IMG/VR virus record: IMGVR_UViG_3300005323_000028
Span: 1 to 39,025 of that record
Reading direction: 5' to 3' (one strand)
Source of the DNA: a virus
Lineage: Duplodnaviria > Caudoviricetes
Length of the DNA stretch: 39,025 nt
Both the position numbers and the translations under genes were made by a program. The notes under the pieces are model-generated. The model searched no databases and was not told the DNA's origin. It was given only the letters and a program-made list of their open reading frames with translations. Numbering within the stretch: the stretch's first letter is position 1; each line of letters opens with the position of its first letter. Below are positions 1 to 10,209 of this stretch, one piece after another.

Positions 1-123
1 TCAATCTTTCGGTAATCTCTCATTATTTCTTCAAAGTCGTTGGTAAGCATGTACATTCGGTAAAGCTCATCCGGATCTTCTACTTCTTTTATACCCTTCT
101 GATAAGCATTGTAATCTTGCTCG
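1..123. repeat. Terminal direct repeat, copy 1 (circular assembly overlap)
   Basis: 1-123 (tcaatctttcggtaatc...tcttgctcg) is identical to 38903-39025, and a reading frame runs uninterrupted through the join. Confidence 0.95.
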
Positions 124-3100
124 GCTTCAGTTCCTAATTCATAAGTAGCGGCTACTCTTCTGCCGTAAGTGAAAAAGTAATCTCTGATAACAGATGATGT
201 TAAATCAGTAGCTGATGGCTTACCAGTTAAGAATCCTGATGCTCTACCAAAGTAACCAGTAAGCAAATGATCTATTTTAATTGGTGATAACTTTAGTTTA
301 TCGCCTAACCACTTGGCAAACTTTGATGTATTCTCGTTAAACCTAAATTCAGCTGGTAATCTTTCTAGGGCCATTCCTTCAAGTGATCTAACTTTGGGAT
401 AACTCTTAACTCCAAAGGCTGTTTCAATTCCCGGTTTAAATACTTGTGGTAGCCATGCTAAAAAGGCTTTAGTTGGTTCTAAGGGATTAAACTGATCCGG
501 TAGGATAGCTGTGGCCGCTGCTAAGTATTCTTTGGGTTTATAAGACGTACCCATTAATGTATCAGCAATTATCATATTCAGGACCGCTCCAAAAGCGGAA
601 AAGGTTTGGCTCATCTTAATTCTAAATAGTTTCTTACCACCCGGCATTGGTAGATGTAAGAAATTAGTTAAATCCTCTGCCTCTAAATCTCGGTATTGTT
701 CTTTTTGCTCATCATCAGCATCCAGCATGGCTAGCATTGAGGCAAGGTAAGCTGCTGTAATCACCGTAACCATTCCTAAAGTTCTCTTCCGACCACTTTC
801 AGTATTGTAAGTTCTAATTGATTGATCTAGGACCTGTAGTGTAGCGTTAAAGAATGGTAAACCTCTAATGAATGTTTTACCGCCTCTACCACCCCACTTA
901 CCGACATGATGGAAAGGTGCAGTTACCCTTCCAGCATCTTCCAAGGCAACAATGGCTGGTTTACCGGCTTTCCTCGCTGCAATATATTCAGCGGCTCTGG
1001 ATACCAACTCACTATACTTTGATGGTGTAGCCGCAATATCTACTCCTTTATCTAGTAACTCAATCGCTTTTTCTATTCCTTTCTTCTCGCCATTAATTCT
1101 ATTAAATAAAGCATCTGGTGATAGTTTCTGCCATCCGGTGAATGTCTGTCTCTCTCCGCCCATGACTAAATATTCCTGTAGATATTCAGCATCCTTTCCG
1201 CCTTTTTTAGTTACTACTAATTTAAGTTTTGATAGTGAAGAGTAAAACGCTTTATATTTATTATTGCTATTCACTTGAGCTGTAATTTGATCCACTACAA
1301 AGTTAGTCGCTGCAAATTGTGGATATAACCCGGTAGTACCAGCGGTAAACATTCTGGATAGACCTAAATAAAGTTTCTCAAATACTTCTACATTTTTATA
1401 AGTAAGGACATCATCAACAATAGACTTCACTTGTTTATCCACTAGGATAGGTACTCTTTTACCATTCTCATCTCTGGCCATAATTATATTCGGATCTCTT
1501 TCTTGTGGGTAAAGTATTGCTCCGGTATTCTTATCCTTGGCTACTTTTAATTGAAGTTTCTGGAATGTAGTCGGTAGAGCAGCTGATACACCAATAGCAC
1601 CAATCTTGTTGTAAACCACCTGTTTTAATACTTTTCTCATTACTTCTGAATGACTAGCCATACCGTTATAAAGCGGATTAATGATAGTCCTTTCAGATCC
1701 TTTGCGACCAATAAGTGAAGATACTTTTGTTTTACCAACTGTTATCGGACCAATAGCTCCATCAAAGTCTCCCACGATCTCGTCATAAAACTCCCTCTTA
1801 AATGATGCGTACCCTTGCTGGCTTGATAATTTCTCATATTGGCTGGCACTCACCAGTCCTACTTCTCTCATCATTTCTAGGTCCTCTCTTACAAGCATGT
1901 CATATAGTTTTTCTTCTTGAGCAAACCTTTCTTTATTCTCACTATAAGCAGTATCTATTTCGTCTCTACTAAATCCATCATTCTTTAAAATCTTACTTAA
2001 TTTTACATAAGCATCTTTGGCTTGCAAAAATTCATCAACAAAAGTCTGGCCATCATCATTGACTACATCATAAGGATTCTCGCCTTTTTCTTTCATTTCA
2101 TTAAGCTGTTCTGTTAGTTGATCTAGTCTTTCTTTGGCTGTATCTAATTCTAAATAAGCAAAATGTTCTCTTCTGGCAACTAGGTAATATCCAAAATCAT
2201 GGCTATTCTTTCTTTTGACGGTTAAATCCACTAAAGTTTTCCAATTCTCTTTACTGGTTTTTTTAATATCACCATCTTTAAGTCGGTAGTAACCTCTATT
2301 GGTAGCAATATTGTTATTAATGATTCCGGAAACAGCGTTGTAAGCTCTTACCCAAATAGATGGATCATCAACCGTACCTACTTTACCAACCTTTTTAGCC
2401 AACACCTCTATCGGATAAATAGCATCTACTAATTGTGTTCTCACCTGATCCCAGAAACTCAAAAAACTTTTCTTATCTACATTAGCTTTTTCATTGGCTA
2501 CCTTTGAGCCTATCTTATCTAGTGAAGATAAACCTTGGTATTCTACAATAATTTCATTCAAGTCGGTAAGAATATCACTCATAATCGGTTGATAGTATTT
2601 ACCACCCGGTTTTAAAAACTGTTGGACCAATTTAGGATACTCACTAGTAATTCTATTCGGAGCTTCACTATATTTCTGTAATAAAGTAGCAAACCCTTCA
2701 AGTGTTCTCATTCTCAATGAATGAGTTTTCTTACCACCCGGATAATATTGCATGTAAAGATTGGTAATTTCTTTTCTTAACCCTGATGTTTCAGTTGAAT
2801 AAATAGGTCTACCATTCTTACTAAAGCCTTTTATTTCCATTAACTTATCGGAGATATGGTATTGGAAATCTAAAAAGTGAGTAATTTCATGGGTAGCAAC
2901 TGACAGATTATTAATAGCATTCACCCTGATGTTCTTAGTATCACCGTAATAAACACCCAATGCTTTTCTAGGTGTATATCTTTCACCTATAGTCTCGGCA
3001 TATTTTCTAACCAACCCAATTACTTTTTCTCTCATCTTAAATTCTTTAGTACCCTTCTTTGGTACATCACGTTTCTCAAAGTTATCAATCACTTCTGAAC

Positions 3101-6100
3101 CAGTTGATGCGTACCCCGGACCAGCTGGTGCATTTGGAGTTAGTTTGTCGCTTATCTCAAAAACCTGTTCTTCTAGTTTATCTACTATCTGTTCTACTTC
3201 AGGATTGTTTCTGGCCACTTGGAAAAAAGCATAATCTCTCTTCCAGTTTCCAGTATCAATATCAGTTACTTTATACATCTGTCTTTTCATTTCTGCCCGG
3301 ACCGCTTTTAATTGATTATTGTAAGTAGGATCATCTGCCTTCTGATTAAGGTCATGCATGAAGTTATCAATATCAGTAACTACTTCCTGTTGTGGTTTAC
3401 TAGAATTGACGATATTGCTTACCATTGTTTGCAGTTCTTTCTTGTACTTCATAGATAGAGGTTTGGATTTTACTTTCTTCTTACTCACTTCTTTTAATTC
3501 CATTATCTTATTCAGTTTCCTTGCCTTCTCTAATTCCCTCTCGGCTTGTTTAACAGTTAAAACTTTAGTTTTCTTACCCTTTTTCTTTGCTGTCTTTATA
3601 GTGAAATTTACTTTATTCCAAACTTCTTCCCATGTACCCGGCAATGTTTTATCTCTAATTTCACCTTCATAATCATTAGCAATACCAACATTAGCTACAA
3701 TAGTTTTTTGACCATTTGCTATAGCTTGAGCAAGTCTATGATTACCATCAACTAAAACAAACTGACCAAGTTCTTCTGCTTGTTTTGGATCAAAATTGTA
3801 AGCAATTTCTACTGGTTTTGTTATTTTTCTTCCAGCATCTAATTTTACTGAATAAGCATTGGTAGGTTCTGCACCTGTTATCTTTGAAATTGGTACTTCC
3901 ATTTTTAACACATCATAATCTCCCCAAGTTGATTTGCTAAGTTTATTTTTTAATTCTTCTAGTGTTAAATATTTCTTTACTTCATTCATTAAATCTCCTC
4001 CTGTCTTTATAGGTTCAACTTTCTTTTCCTCAAATTTCCTCATACTTGTTTCAATCTTTGGTGCTTTACCTTTGATTCTCATCTCTACTTCCGGAGTTAT
4101 CTTAATTGATTGTTGGCCTTCAGATTTTTTTGGAGATATATCAAAAGATTCTTTGCCAATTAAATCATTTAAGGTTGATTCATTTGCTAATTCTATAAAA
4201 CTTTTATAACTAACTTTATTGTCTGTCTTTTCAAGGTACTTATTTATTTTACTTGCAGAGATTGCCTTAAACTTACCATCAGCCATTACATCAGTAATAA
4301 TATAGTTGTTTTCTCCTTTAGCTAATATTTCTACTCCTACTTTAAGTGTTTCTGGTGTTAGAGGTCCTACAACTGCATTATCTTCATTTAATAAATCAAA
4401 TCTAGGCGATTCACTACTTATAGGTAAACCCATATCAATTACTTCCACTTTCTTACCGGTTAAATCTTCTACAATGTTCTTTACCTGTTTGTCATATAAA
4501 GTATTAGCCCATTCTCCACCAAACTTTAACCCTTCGCCTGATAATCTTCCTTGACCATCAGCCATTATCTTATCAGCCAATCCTTTACCTATAATTTCGT
4601 CTAACTTTTTACCCTTCCATTCACTGACTGAACTACTTTGGACCACTCCACTTTCATCAATAGACACCGTTATGTTACTACCACCAGTCTTTGGTGTTAT
4701 AAAAATTCTTTTATCTGGTAAATTTTCACCCTCTGATATATCAGATTTTTCCCAATTAATGTTTTCTATTTGTGTTGATAGGTTATATCTAGCAGTTGTT
4801 TGCTCTCCGTTGATCCAAGCAAAGTATTTAGCCTTAACTTTAATAGCTTCCTGTAAAGCTCTTTTAAGAGTTATTTCCTGCCAATTTTTAAGTAGGGGAT
4901 TAAATGGTACTCCGGGTTTATAATCTCCCATTAATCTTTCTTCTCCTATTGCCTTACCTACTGCTACATCTACAGTACCACCATAGGCTAACCCTTCCCC
5001 TAATTTGTTTTCAACTCTGTTTCCATCGGCATCTAGTACATAATTAGTATCACCAGTTTCTACACTCCATCCTTCTGGTAATAAACTCTTAACATCTTTT
5101 GGTTTCTGCCAAGTCTCAAATCCCTTATCTCTTCCTTCTCTGGCCCAATCACTCTGTAACTCTTCCATAAAGAGGACCTTGTCTTTCTCGTACTCTCTTT
5201 CATTGATCCGAAGATGAGATATTACATTTGGCTCTTCCCAATGAGATGATTTAAATTCATCACCTTCTGTATCTTTTGCTTTAATTAATATTTCTCTATA
5301 GTTCTCTCCACCGGGTAGAGTATATTGATAGTATTTTGTCGGTGTTGCCTCTTTAACATTTTCTATTAAACTTTGAATTTCTGGTGGTAGATCTTCATAC
5401 TCATATTCTTTCCCATCTTTAGTTATGGTTATATCATCATCCATATCCTGTTCAATTTCATATCCTAGCTTTTTTAACTCCTCATTAGTTCCTTCAGTAC
5501 CTCTTATAGTTTCCTCTACTGTTTCTAGTTCCGGTGCAAATGGTTTACCTTCAGCTACTTTAGATTGACCTTTAATATTCTGAAATTGATTTTTACTTAC
5601 AATGTAAGTCTCTCCATCTTGGAGTAATATCTTGTTACCTGTCAATTCATAGGGAGTTAGTTTCTCACCCTCTTCAATCTCTATCTTATTCCCGGATATA
5701 TCTTTAGCGGTAACATCTCTTTTAAGCTGGATGTTTGGGTAAGTTTTCATAATATCATCAGCTGTCATTCCCTTAGTACCCCGAAGTACCTCTTTTTCTT
5801 CTTCTAAAGTATATGGTGCATAAATAAACTCATCCTTCTTACCTTCACTAAATACCAGATCCTTTATCTTAGCGGTTGTCTCATATAATTCAGCTCCAAC
5901 TCTTTGGTTTAAATAATTAGTCGCATTTAATTTACTTACAGTTACATGATCACCAATATCAATCTCTTTACTGCCTACTCTATAAACCGTTACTTCTGTT
6001 TCCGATGTAATTCCTGTCTTATTATATTTCTGATTATATAACTGAAATTGTTTTAGTAATTTATCATTAGCAATTCTTTGGTCCTCTCTTAGTCCGGCTA

Positions 6101-7583
6101 AAGTATCTTTAACAACCTGCTCTGTATTTTTTTCACTCAATTTTCTATTAAGATCCTGAATCGGTGTTTGTTCCTGTTTTCCCACCTCTTCTGATACCAC
6201 CCCTTCCTTTTTCGTTGTTTCTAGGGCCTCTGGTGAAGTCATTATTTCTTCTTCCCCTACTTTAGGCTGTTTTTCAGGTTCTTTTTCTTCTATTACGGCT
6301 GTTTTCGGTTCAACAACCTTTTCACCCAAACCAATACCAATAGGATTCCCCTCCGGAGTATTCACCACTATCTCACCACTCAATCCGGATGTATCAACTA
6401 CTACTTCCCGGCCTTCACTCTTTGCCTTCTCCGACATTTCAATCAAAGCATCACCCGCTTCTGTATCAGAAAGATTACTTATTTCTACTGTTTCTTGTGT
6501 TGCATCCGGAGTTATCCGGATTATTCTACTAGCACCGGTTGTTACTGCTGCGATACCACCACCGGCAACACCACCTACCGCTGCTGTTACTAAAATCTGT
6601 CCTGAAGTAAAATAGTTTTTAGCACTATCTATTACTGCACCCCTTTCCTGATCACTTTTAGCTAACCGATAATCATTACCAAACTTTAATAAATCTTGAG
6701 CTACTTCAGTACCACCCTCTACTACAAAGGCTTCTTTAACAATTTTAATCAATGCTTTGGCTGGTACTTTAAATAACTTCTCCATCATTCCACCCAATAT
6801 CCGATCACCAATTACATCAATAGCTACATTAGTAGGGGTAGCGTAACCCTTTTCTTCTATCTCACTACCAGCTGAAACTGCTGCCCAATAAGAAGTAGAT
6901 AATGGTTTACCTACAATAGGCACAAATGCAAGAGCAACACCTAAAGCTGTTTGTGGACCTGTATCTAATAATCCGGTTAAAAACTGTTCTGGTAAAGTAT
7001 CATCTTTTTCTTGTTGGCTTTTTCTCATTACTTCATAAGCCTGCTTAAATGTTACTTCCGGATCAGCTGCTTTAATTGTCGCCACAATTCCTGTACCGGA
7101 TGTTCTTTTAGCTATTTCAGTTAAAATAGGCTTACTTCTTTCATTTATAGTTTTAAGTTTTTGGATACTTGCTAGTGTAAATTCATCTGTTTTAACTTGA
7201 GCTTCCGGTGTAAGTTGTGCCGATACAGTTTTCTCTCTGGTTATAAAATCATCAATGATATTATTCTGAGCTACTTGTAGAGGCTGGGCTGTCTCCGGTG
7301 TTGTTGTCGGTACTTCCAATGGTTTTAATTGTTGTAGTCTCTCGTCTTTTTTTTTACCTGATAGCTCACCAAAGAAATTACTAGCGGCTGTTTTTACTTT
7401 GTTGAAAAATGATGGTTTCTCTTGTTCTTTAGTTTTAAGTTCCTCTCTGGCTCTCTGACTAGGAGTTAAATTAGCTTGTTGTCGTTGAGATTGATAAGTA
7501 TCATAAGACAAACTAGAACTGGTAGGCTGGACCGTACCTCTTTTTTTCTTCTCATCTAAATAATCTTGATATGATAATGGCAT
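1..7583 (-). CDS. Giant polyvalent virion/ejection protein, N-terminal ~2527 codons (continues across the junction into 38902-37819; ~2888 aa in total)
   Basis: ATG at 7583 (MPLSYQDYLDEKKKRG...), directly after the 7589 stop. Hand translation shows no stop down to base 1, and the frame matches ORF 37819..38958. Motifs: TVYRVG..GDHVTVS..EFIY, SHWEEPNVISHLR..LFMEELQSDW, LVDGNHRL, HEITH, LPFFNATLQ. Confidence 0.88.
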   Translation of the reverse strand, partial: MPLSYQDYLDEKKKRGTVQPTSSSLSYDTYQSQRQQANLTPSQRAREELKTKEQEKPSFFNKVKTAASNFFGELSGKKKDERLQQLKPLEVPTTTPETAQPLQVAQNNIIDDFITREKTVSAQLTPEAQVKTDEFTLASIQKLKTINERSKPILTEIAKRTSGTGIVATIKAADPEVTFKQAYEVMRKSQQEKDDTLPEQFLTGLLDTGPQTALGVALAFVPIVGKPLSTSYWAAVSAGSEIEEKGYATPTNVAIDVIGDRILGGMMEKLFKVPAKALIKIVKEAFVVEGGTEVAQDLLKFGNDYRLAKSDQERGAVIDSAKNYFTSGQILVTAAVGGVAGGGIAAVTTGASRIIRITPDATQETVEISNLSDTEAGDALIEMSEKAKSEGREVVVDTSGLSGEIVVNTPEGNPIGIGLGEKVVEPKTAVIEEKEPEKQPKVGEEEIMTSPEALETTKKEGVVSEEVGKQEQTPIQDLNRKLSEKNTEQVVKDTLAGLREDQRIANDKLLKQFQLYNQKYNKTGITSETEVTVYRVGSKEIDIGDHVTVSKLNATNYLNQRVGAELYETTAKIKDLVFSEGKKDEFIYAPYTLEEEKEVLRGTKGMTADDIMKTYPNIQLKRDVTAKDISGNKIEIEEGEKLTPYELTGNKILLQDGETYIVSKNQFQNIKGQSKVAEGKPFAPELETVEETIRGTEGTNEELKKLGYEIEQDMDDDITITKDGKEYEYEDLPPEIQSLIENVKEATPTKYYQYTLPGGENYREILIKAKDTEGDEFKSSHWEEPNVISHLRINEREYEKDKVLFMEELQSDWAREGRDKGFETWQKPKDVKSLLPEGWSVETGDTNYVLDADGNRVENKLGEGLAYGGTVDVAVGKAIGEERLMGDYKPGVPFNPLLKNWQEITLKRALQEAIKVKAKYFAWINGEQTTARYNLSTQIENINWEKSDISEGENLPDKRIFITPKTGGSNITVSIDESGVVQSSSVSEWKGKKLDEIIGKGLADKIMADGQGRLSGEGLKFGGEWANTLYDKQVKNIVEDLTGKKVEVIDMGLPISSESPRFDLLNEDNAVVGPLTPETLKVGVEILAKGENNYIITDVMADGKFKAISASKINKYLEKTDNKVSYKSFIELANESTLNDLIGKESFDISPKKSEGQQSIKITPEVEMRIKGKAPKIETSMRKFEEKKVEPIKTGGDLMNEVKKYLTLEELKNKLSKSTWGDYDVLKMEVPISKITGAEPTNAYSVKLDAGRKITKPVEIAYNFDPKQAEELGQFVLVDGNHRLAQAIANGQKTIVANVGIANDYEGEIRDKTLPGTWEEVWNKVNFTIKTAKKKGKKTKVLTVKQAERELEKARKLNKIMELKEVSKKKVKSKPLSMKYKKELQTMVSNIVNSSKPQQEVVTDIDNFMHDLNQKADDPTYNNQLKAVRAEMKRQMYKVTDIDTGNWKRDYAFFQVARNNPEVEQIVDKLEEQVFEISDKLTPNAPAGPGYASTGSEVIDNFEKRDVPKKGTKEFKMREKVIGLVRKYAETIGERYTPRKALGVYYGDTKNIRVNAINNLSVATHEITHFLDFQYHISDKLMEIKGFSKNGRPIYSTETSGLRKEITNLYMQYYPGGKKTHSLRMRTLEGFATLLQKYSEAPNRITSEYPKLVQQFLKPGGKYYQPIMSDILTDLNEIIVEYQGLSSLDKIGSKVANEKANVDKKSFLSFWDQVRTQLVDAIYPIEVLAKKVGKVGTVDDPSIWVRAYNAVSGIINNNIATNRGYYRLKDGDIKKTSKENWKTLVDLTVKRKNSHDFGYYLVARREHFAYLELDTAKERLDQLTEQLNEMKEKGENPYDVVNDDGQTFVDEFLQAKDAYVKLSKILKNDGFSRDEIDTAYSENKERFAQEEKLYDMLVREDLEMMREVGLVSASQYEKLSSQQGYASFKREFYDEIVGDFDGAIGPITVGKTKVSSLIGRKGSERTIINPLYNGMASHSEVMRKVLKQVVYNKIGAIGVSAALPTTFQKLQLKVAKDKNTGAILYPQERDPNIIMARDENGKRVPILVDKQVKSIVDDVLTYKNVEVFEKLYLGLSRMFTAGTTGLYPQFAATNFVVDQITAQVNSNNKYKAFYSSLSKLKLVVTKKGGKDAEYLQEYLVMGGERQTFTGWQKLSPDALFNRINGEKKGIEKAIELLDKGVDIAATPSKYSELVSRAAEYIAARKAGKPAIVALEDAGRVTAPFHHVGKWGGRGGKTFIRGLPFFNATLQVLDQSIRTYNTESGRKRTLGMVTVITAAYLASMLAMLDADDEQKEQYRDLEAEDLTNFLHLPMPGGKKLFRIKMSQTFSAFGAVLNMIIADTLMGTSYKPKEYLAAATAILPDQFNPLEPTKAFLAWLPQVFKPGIETAFGVKSYPKVRSLEGMALERLPAEFRFNENTSKFAKWLGDKLKLSPIKIDHLLTGYFGRASGFLTGKPSATDLTSSVIRDYFFTYGRRVAATYELGTEAEQDYNAYQKGIKEVEDPDELYRMYMLTNDFEEIMRDYRKI

Positions 7584-7588
7584 TGTTT

Positions 7589-8908
7589 TTACTCATTAGC
7601 TAATAACCATAGGGCGTAATCCGGATCTGTATCAATTCTTTTAATGTCCGCATCACTTAATCCCTCTCTAATGGCTATTTGTTTAGCATTGTTTATATCA
7701 GTTGCTGTAAGTTTAGTAGTTGAAGTATTTGAAGTAGCCGAAGTGATATTATATTTTTCATATATTCCCTGATCTATTCCAGCTTTAGATGGACCATAGG
7801 GGGATAATTCATTATATTCTGCATAAACTAGATTTGGAGAAAGATTATTATACTTTTTAAGTAATTGTTCTAAAGTCATTCTACTAGCTATGTCTTTATC
7901 TAAGGCTGATTTTTGAGCTGCTGTCATACCACTAGCTGCACCTGTACCAGTACTTTTAGGTGCAATACCAGTACTGATTAATCCAATACTTCCATCAGCA
8001 TTCATAATCATGGCTTGACTATTATCGCTGCTGAATCCTAAAATCTTATCCTTGGCTGAAATCTGCATCTTAGAGATTGTGCCTACTGGCATACCTGATT
8101 GAATCTCTAGTTTCTGGATATTAAGTTTTTCATCCGGTGATAAATTACCATAACTCATATTCCCCGATAGTATGGCATTAGTTACAGTTGTTAAATTCGC
8201 TCTGGCATTATCAATGCTATTCTGTTTCATGGTTTCATTGATAGTGATAGCATCGGTGGCATACTTCCATGCTTCCTGTCTGAATCCTGATAGTAAGTTC
8301 TGGACCTGTACATTCTGGGCAAACTCATTCTCATAAGCATTTACCGCATCCTGATAATCCATACCAGCATAATTAATGTAAGTATTTATAGCGTTATATT
8401 TTGTGGTAAGTTCGTCTACTAATGTTGCTTTCCTAACATTGAGATAATCTAGTTTTGTTTGGGCCTGTCTTTGTTCTTCGGTAATTCTTCCCGCCATGAC
8501 ATTAAGAGCTACCGGTTTACCTTCTTCTGCCCCCGTAAGTTCTCTTAGATTGGCTAACAGGGTTCTCTCTTCTGTTTTAAGTGTATTTAATTCTGATTCA
8601 AGTTCAGTTACTCCTAAAGCTGTTTTCTGTTGATCTAATAAAGTGGTTCGGCTTAGTACTTCTGGTTTCGGTGTTGTTGGAGTAAGTTGTGATTTTAATT
8701 CATCTGCTGTCGGAATATTAAGTTCCGGTACAGTAATTTGTTGATAGGACTGATTCTGGTATGAATCAAGGTACGGAGACAACTGATCAGCTGATGTTGG
8801 AGCAGTTAAGCCTTTTGCTTTAGCATCTGCGGCAGCCTCTGTTTCACCCCAAGCTGTGTATGATTCTGTACCATATAATGAGATTGACTGATCTTTAGAT
8901 AGTGCCAT
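7589..8908 (-). CDS. Putative internal virion (DNA ejection) protein
   Basis: 439-aa helical Q/A/T-rich ORF lying between the tail genes and the giant protein, as in podovirus ejection-protein blocks. Confidence 0.55.
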   Translation of the reverse strand: MALSKDQSISLYGTESYTAWGETEAAADAKAKGLTAPTSADQLSPYLDSYQNQSYQQITVPELNIPTADELKSQLTPTTPKPEVLSRTTLLDQQKTALGVTELESELNTLKTEERTLLANLRELTGAEEGKPVALNVMAGRITEEQRQAQTKLDYLNVRKATLVDELTTKYNAINTYINYAGMDYQDAVNAYENEFAQNVQVQNLLSGFRQEAWKYATDAITINETMKQNSIDNARANLTTVTNAILSGNMSYGNLSPDEKLNIQKLEIQSGMPVGTISKMQISAKDKILGFSSDNSQAMIMNADGSIGLISTGIAPKSTGTGAASGMTAAQKSALDKDIASRMTLEQLLKKYNNLSPNLVYAEYNELSPYGPSKAGIDQGIYEKYNITSATSNTSTTKLTATDINNAKQIAIREGLSDADIKRIDTDPDYALWLLANE

Positions 8909-8923
8909 ATATAATTATAACCT

Positions 8924-9802
8924 TTATGTAGCTATTTTGTCTTTAAATATAATAACTCTGAAACTAATAGTAAGAGAACCGGATGTATCAATAGTTAGTT
9001 CTGGGTAAGTATCAGTATCATCTCCAATATAAGCATCAGAAGCAGACCCATCTTCGGTAAAAATAAAACCCATAGCATTTCCGCTTGACCAACCAGCTCT
9101 GGTTGTTATCTCATTTACTTGATCTAAAACATCAGTACCAAAATTCCACCAACTACCAACCTTTGCCTGATTTCTTGCATCATAAGCACTTGTCTTAGCG
9201 TAATTCCAATCAAATCCTGTTCCAACATTATCTTCATCAATTCCATATATTTTATATTTTGTATCACTATTTGTCGGTCCAGAAAAAACATGTTTTATTT
9301 CCAAATTAGCCAAAGTAAAAGAACCATTTTTAGGAACTGGTACACTTGCTAACCTTATTGCTGATGATTTACCCGAACCACTTACATTACCAACTATTAA
9401 TCCAGCGCTACCAGTCCACAATTCTTCTCTTATTCCGGCATTATCACCAGTAACAATAGTTCTATTAAAAGGAGTAGCATAGGTATAACCAACCGTAATA
9501 CCGGTGGTAGTTGCATAAGCCCAAGGATAATAATCAAAATCTACACCATAGGGAATATCCGGTAACAATCTCTCTACTGATTCATCGGACCGTTTGTAAT
9601 AAACTAAAAAAGCAGGTACATATCCTAAAGCATGAGAAACAGTAGCTGATTTCTCGGTATCACCAGCAGAAAAAGAAACAGATGTAGTTGAAGATGAATG
9701 GAGTTTAAACATAGAAAAGGTATTCATATCCACACTTAAATCCCTTAGATCAGTAGAATGAACTGATTTTCCCGGCTTAGCTATTTTTATTCCATAGGTC
9801 AT
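8924..9802 (-). CDS. Minor tail/virion protein (paralogue 3, with extra beta-sandwich region)
   Basis: N-terminus YGIKIAKPGKSVxSTD...HxLGYVP is shared with the two upstream ORFs. Confidence 0.6.
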   Translation of the reverse strand: MTYGIKIAKPGKSVHSTDLRDLSVDMNTFSMFKLHSSSTTSVSFSAGDTEKSATVSHALGYVPAFLVYYKRSDESVERLLPDIPYGVDFDYYPWAYATTTGITVGYTYATPFNRTIVTGDNAGIREELWTGSAGLIVGNVSGSGKSSAIRLASVPVPKNGSFTLANLEIKHVFSGPTNSDTKYKIYGIDEDNVGTGFDWNYAKTSAYDARNQAKVGSWWNFGTDVLDQVNEITTRAGWSSGNAMGFIFTEDGSASDAYIGDDTDTYPELTIDTSGSLTISFRVIIFKDKIAT

Positions 9803-10209
9803 AATCCATCATCTCCAAAAATAAAATAAAAATACTTTACTGTTTTAGTAGCACCGGTGGTGTTATAAATTTTAAATTTAAAATAAGTTGTATCTGAATA
9901 TGTTTCAGCGGAGTTAGGACCAACATAGGCATAACCAGAAGGAAAGCCATCAGCTTTACTTGGTAAACAAACTCCACAATAATAATGACCGGTGGCCAAT
10001 TCAGTAAATAACCAACACATAGGTGCAAAACCCAAATTATGAGTTATGGTAACTGTTGTTGAAGAACCAGCCCCAACACTCACACTAGATCCAACTGCCG
10101 GTTCATCATAAATCTTTATGGTTTCATACTCAGAATTAAAAATAAAATCATCCGGATTAGTACTAGTTACACTCTTTCCGGTCTTAGCTACTTTAATACC
10201 GTAAGTCAT
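9799..10209 (-). CDS. Minor tail/virion protein (paralogue 2)
   Basis: YGIKVAKTGKSVTSTNPDD...THNLGFAP; 4-nt stop/start overlaps with both neighbours. Confidence 0.6.
   Translation of the reverse strand: MTYGIKVAKTGKSVTSTNPDDFIFNSEYETIKIYDEPAVGSSVSVGAGSSTTVTITHNLGFAPMCWLFTELATGHYYCGVCLPSKADGFPSGYAYVGPNSAETYSDTTYFKFKIYNTTGATKTVKYFYFIFGDDGL

Noticed and set aside
1-123. Terminal repeat as a biological direct terminal repeat or att site
   Set aside because: It is an exact 123-nt overlap in the middle of a coding frame, as expected from circular contig assembly.
952-4923. Six plus-strand ORFs in the track (952, 3059, 3358, 3934, 4306, 4672)
   Set aside because: They are antisense shadows of the giant minus-strand gene, with F/L/S-rich mirror composition.
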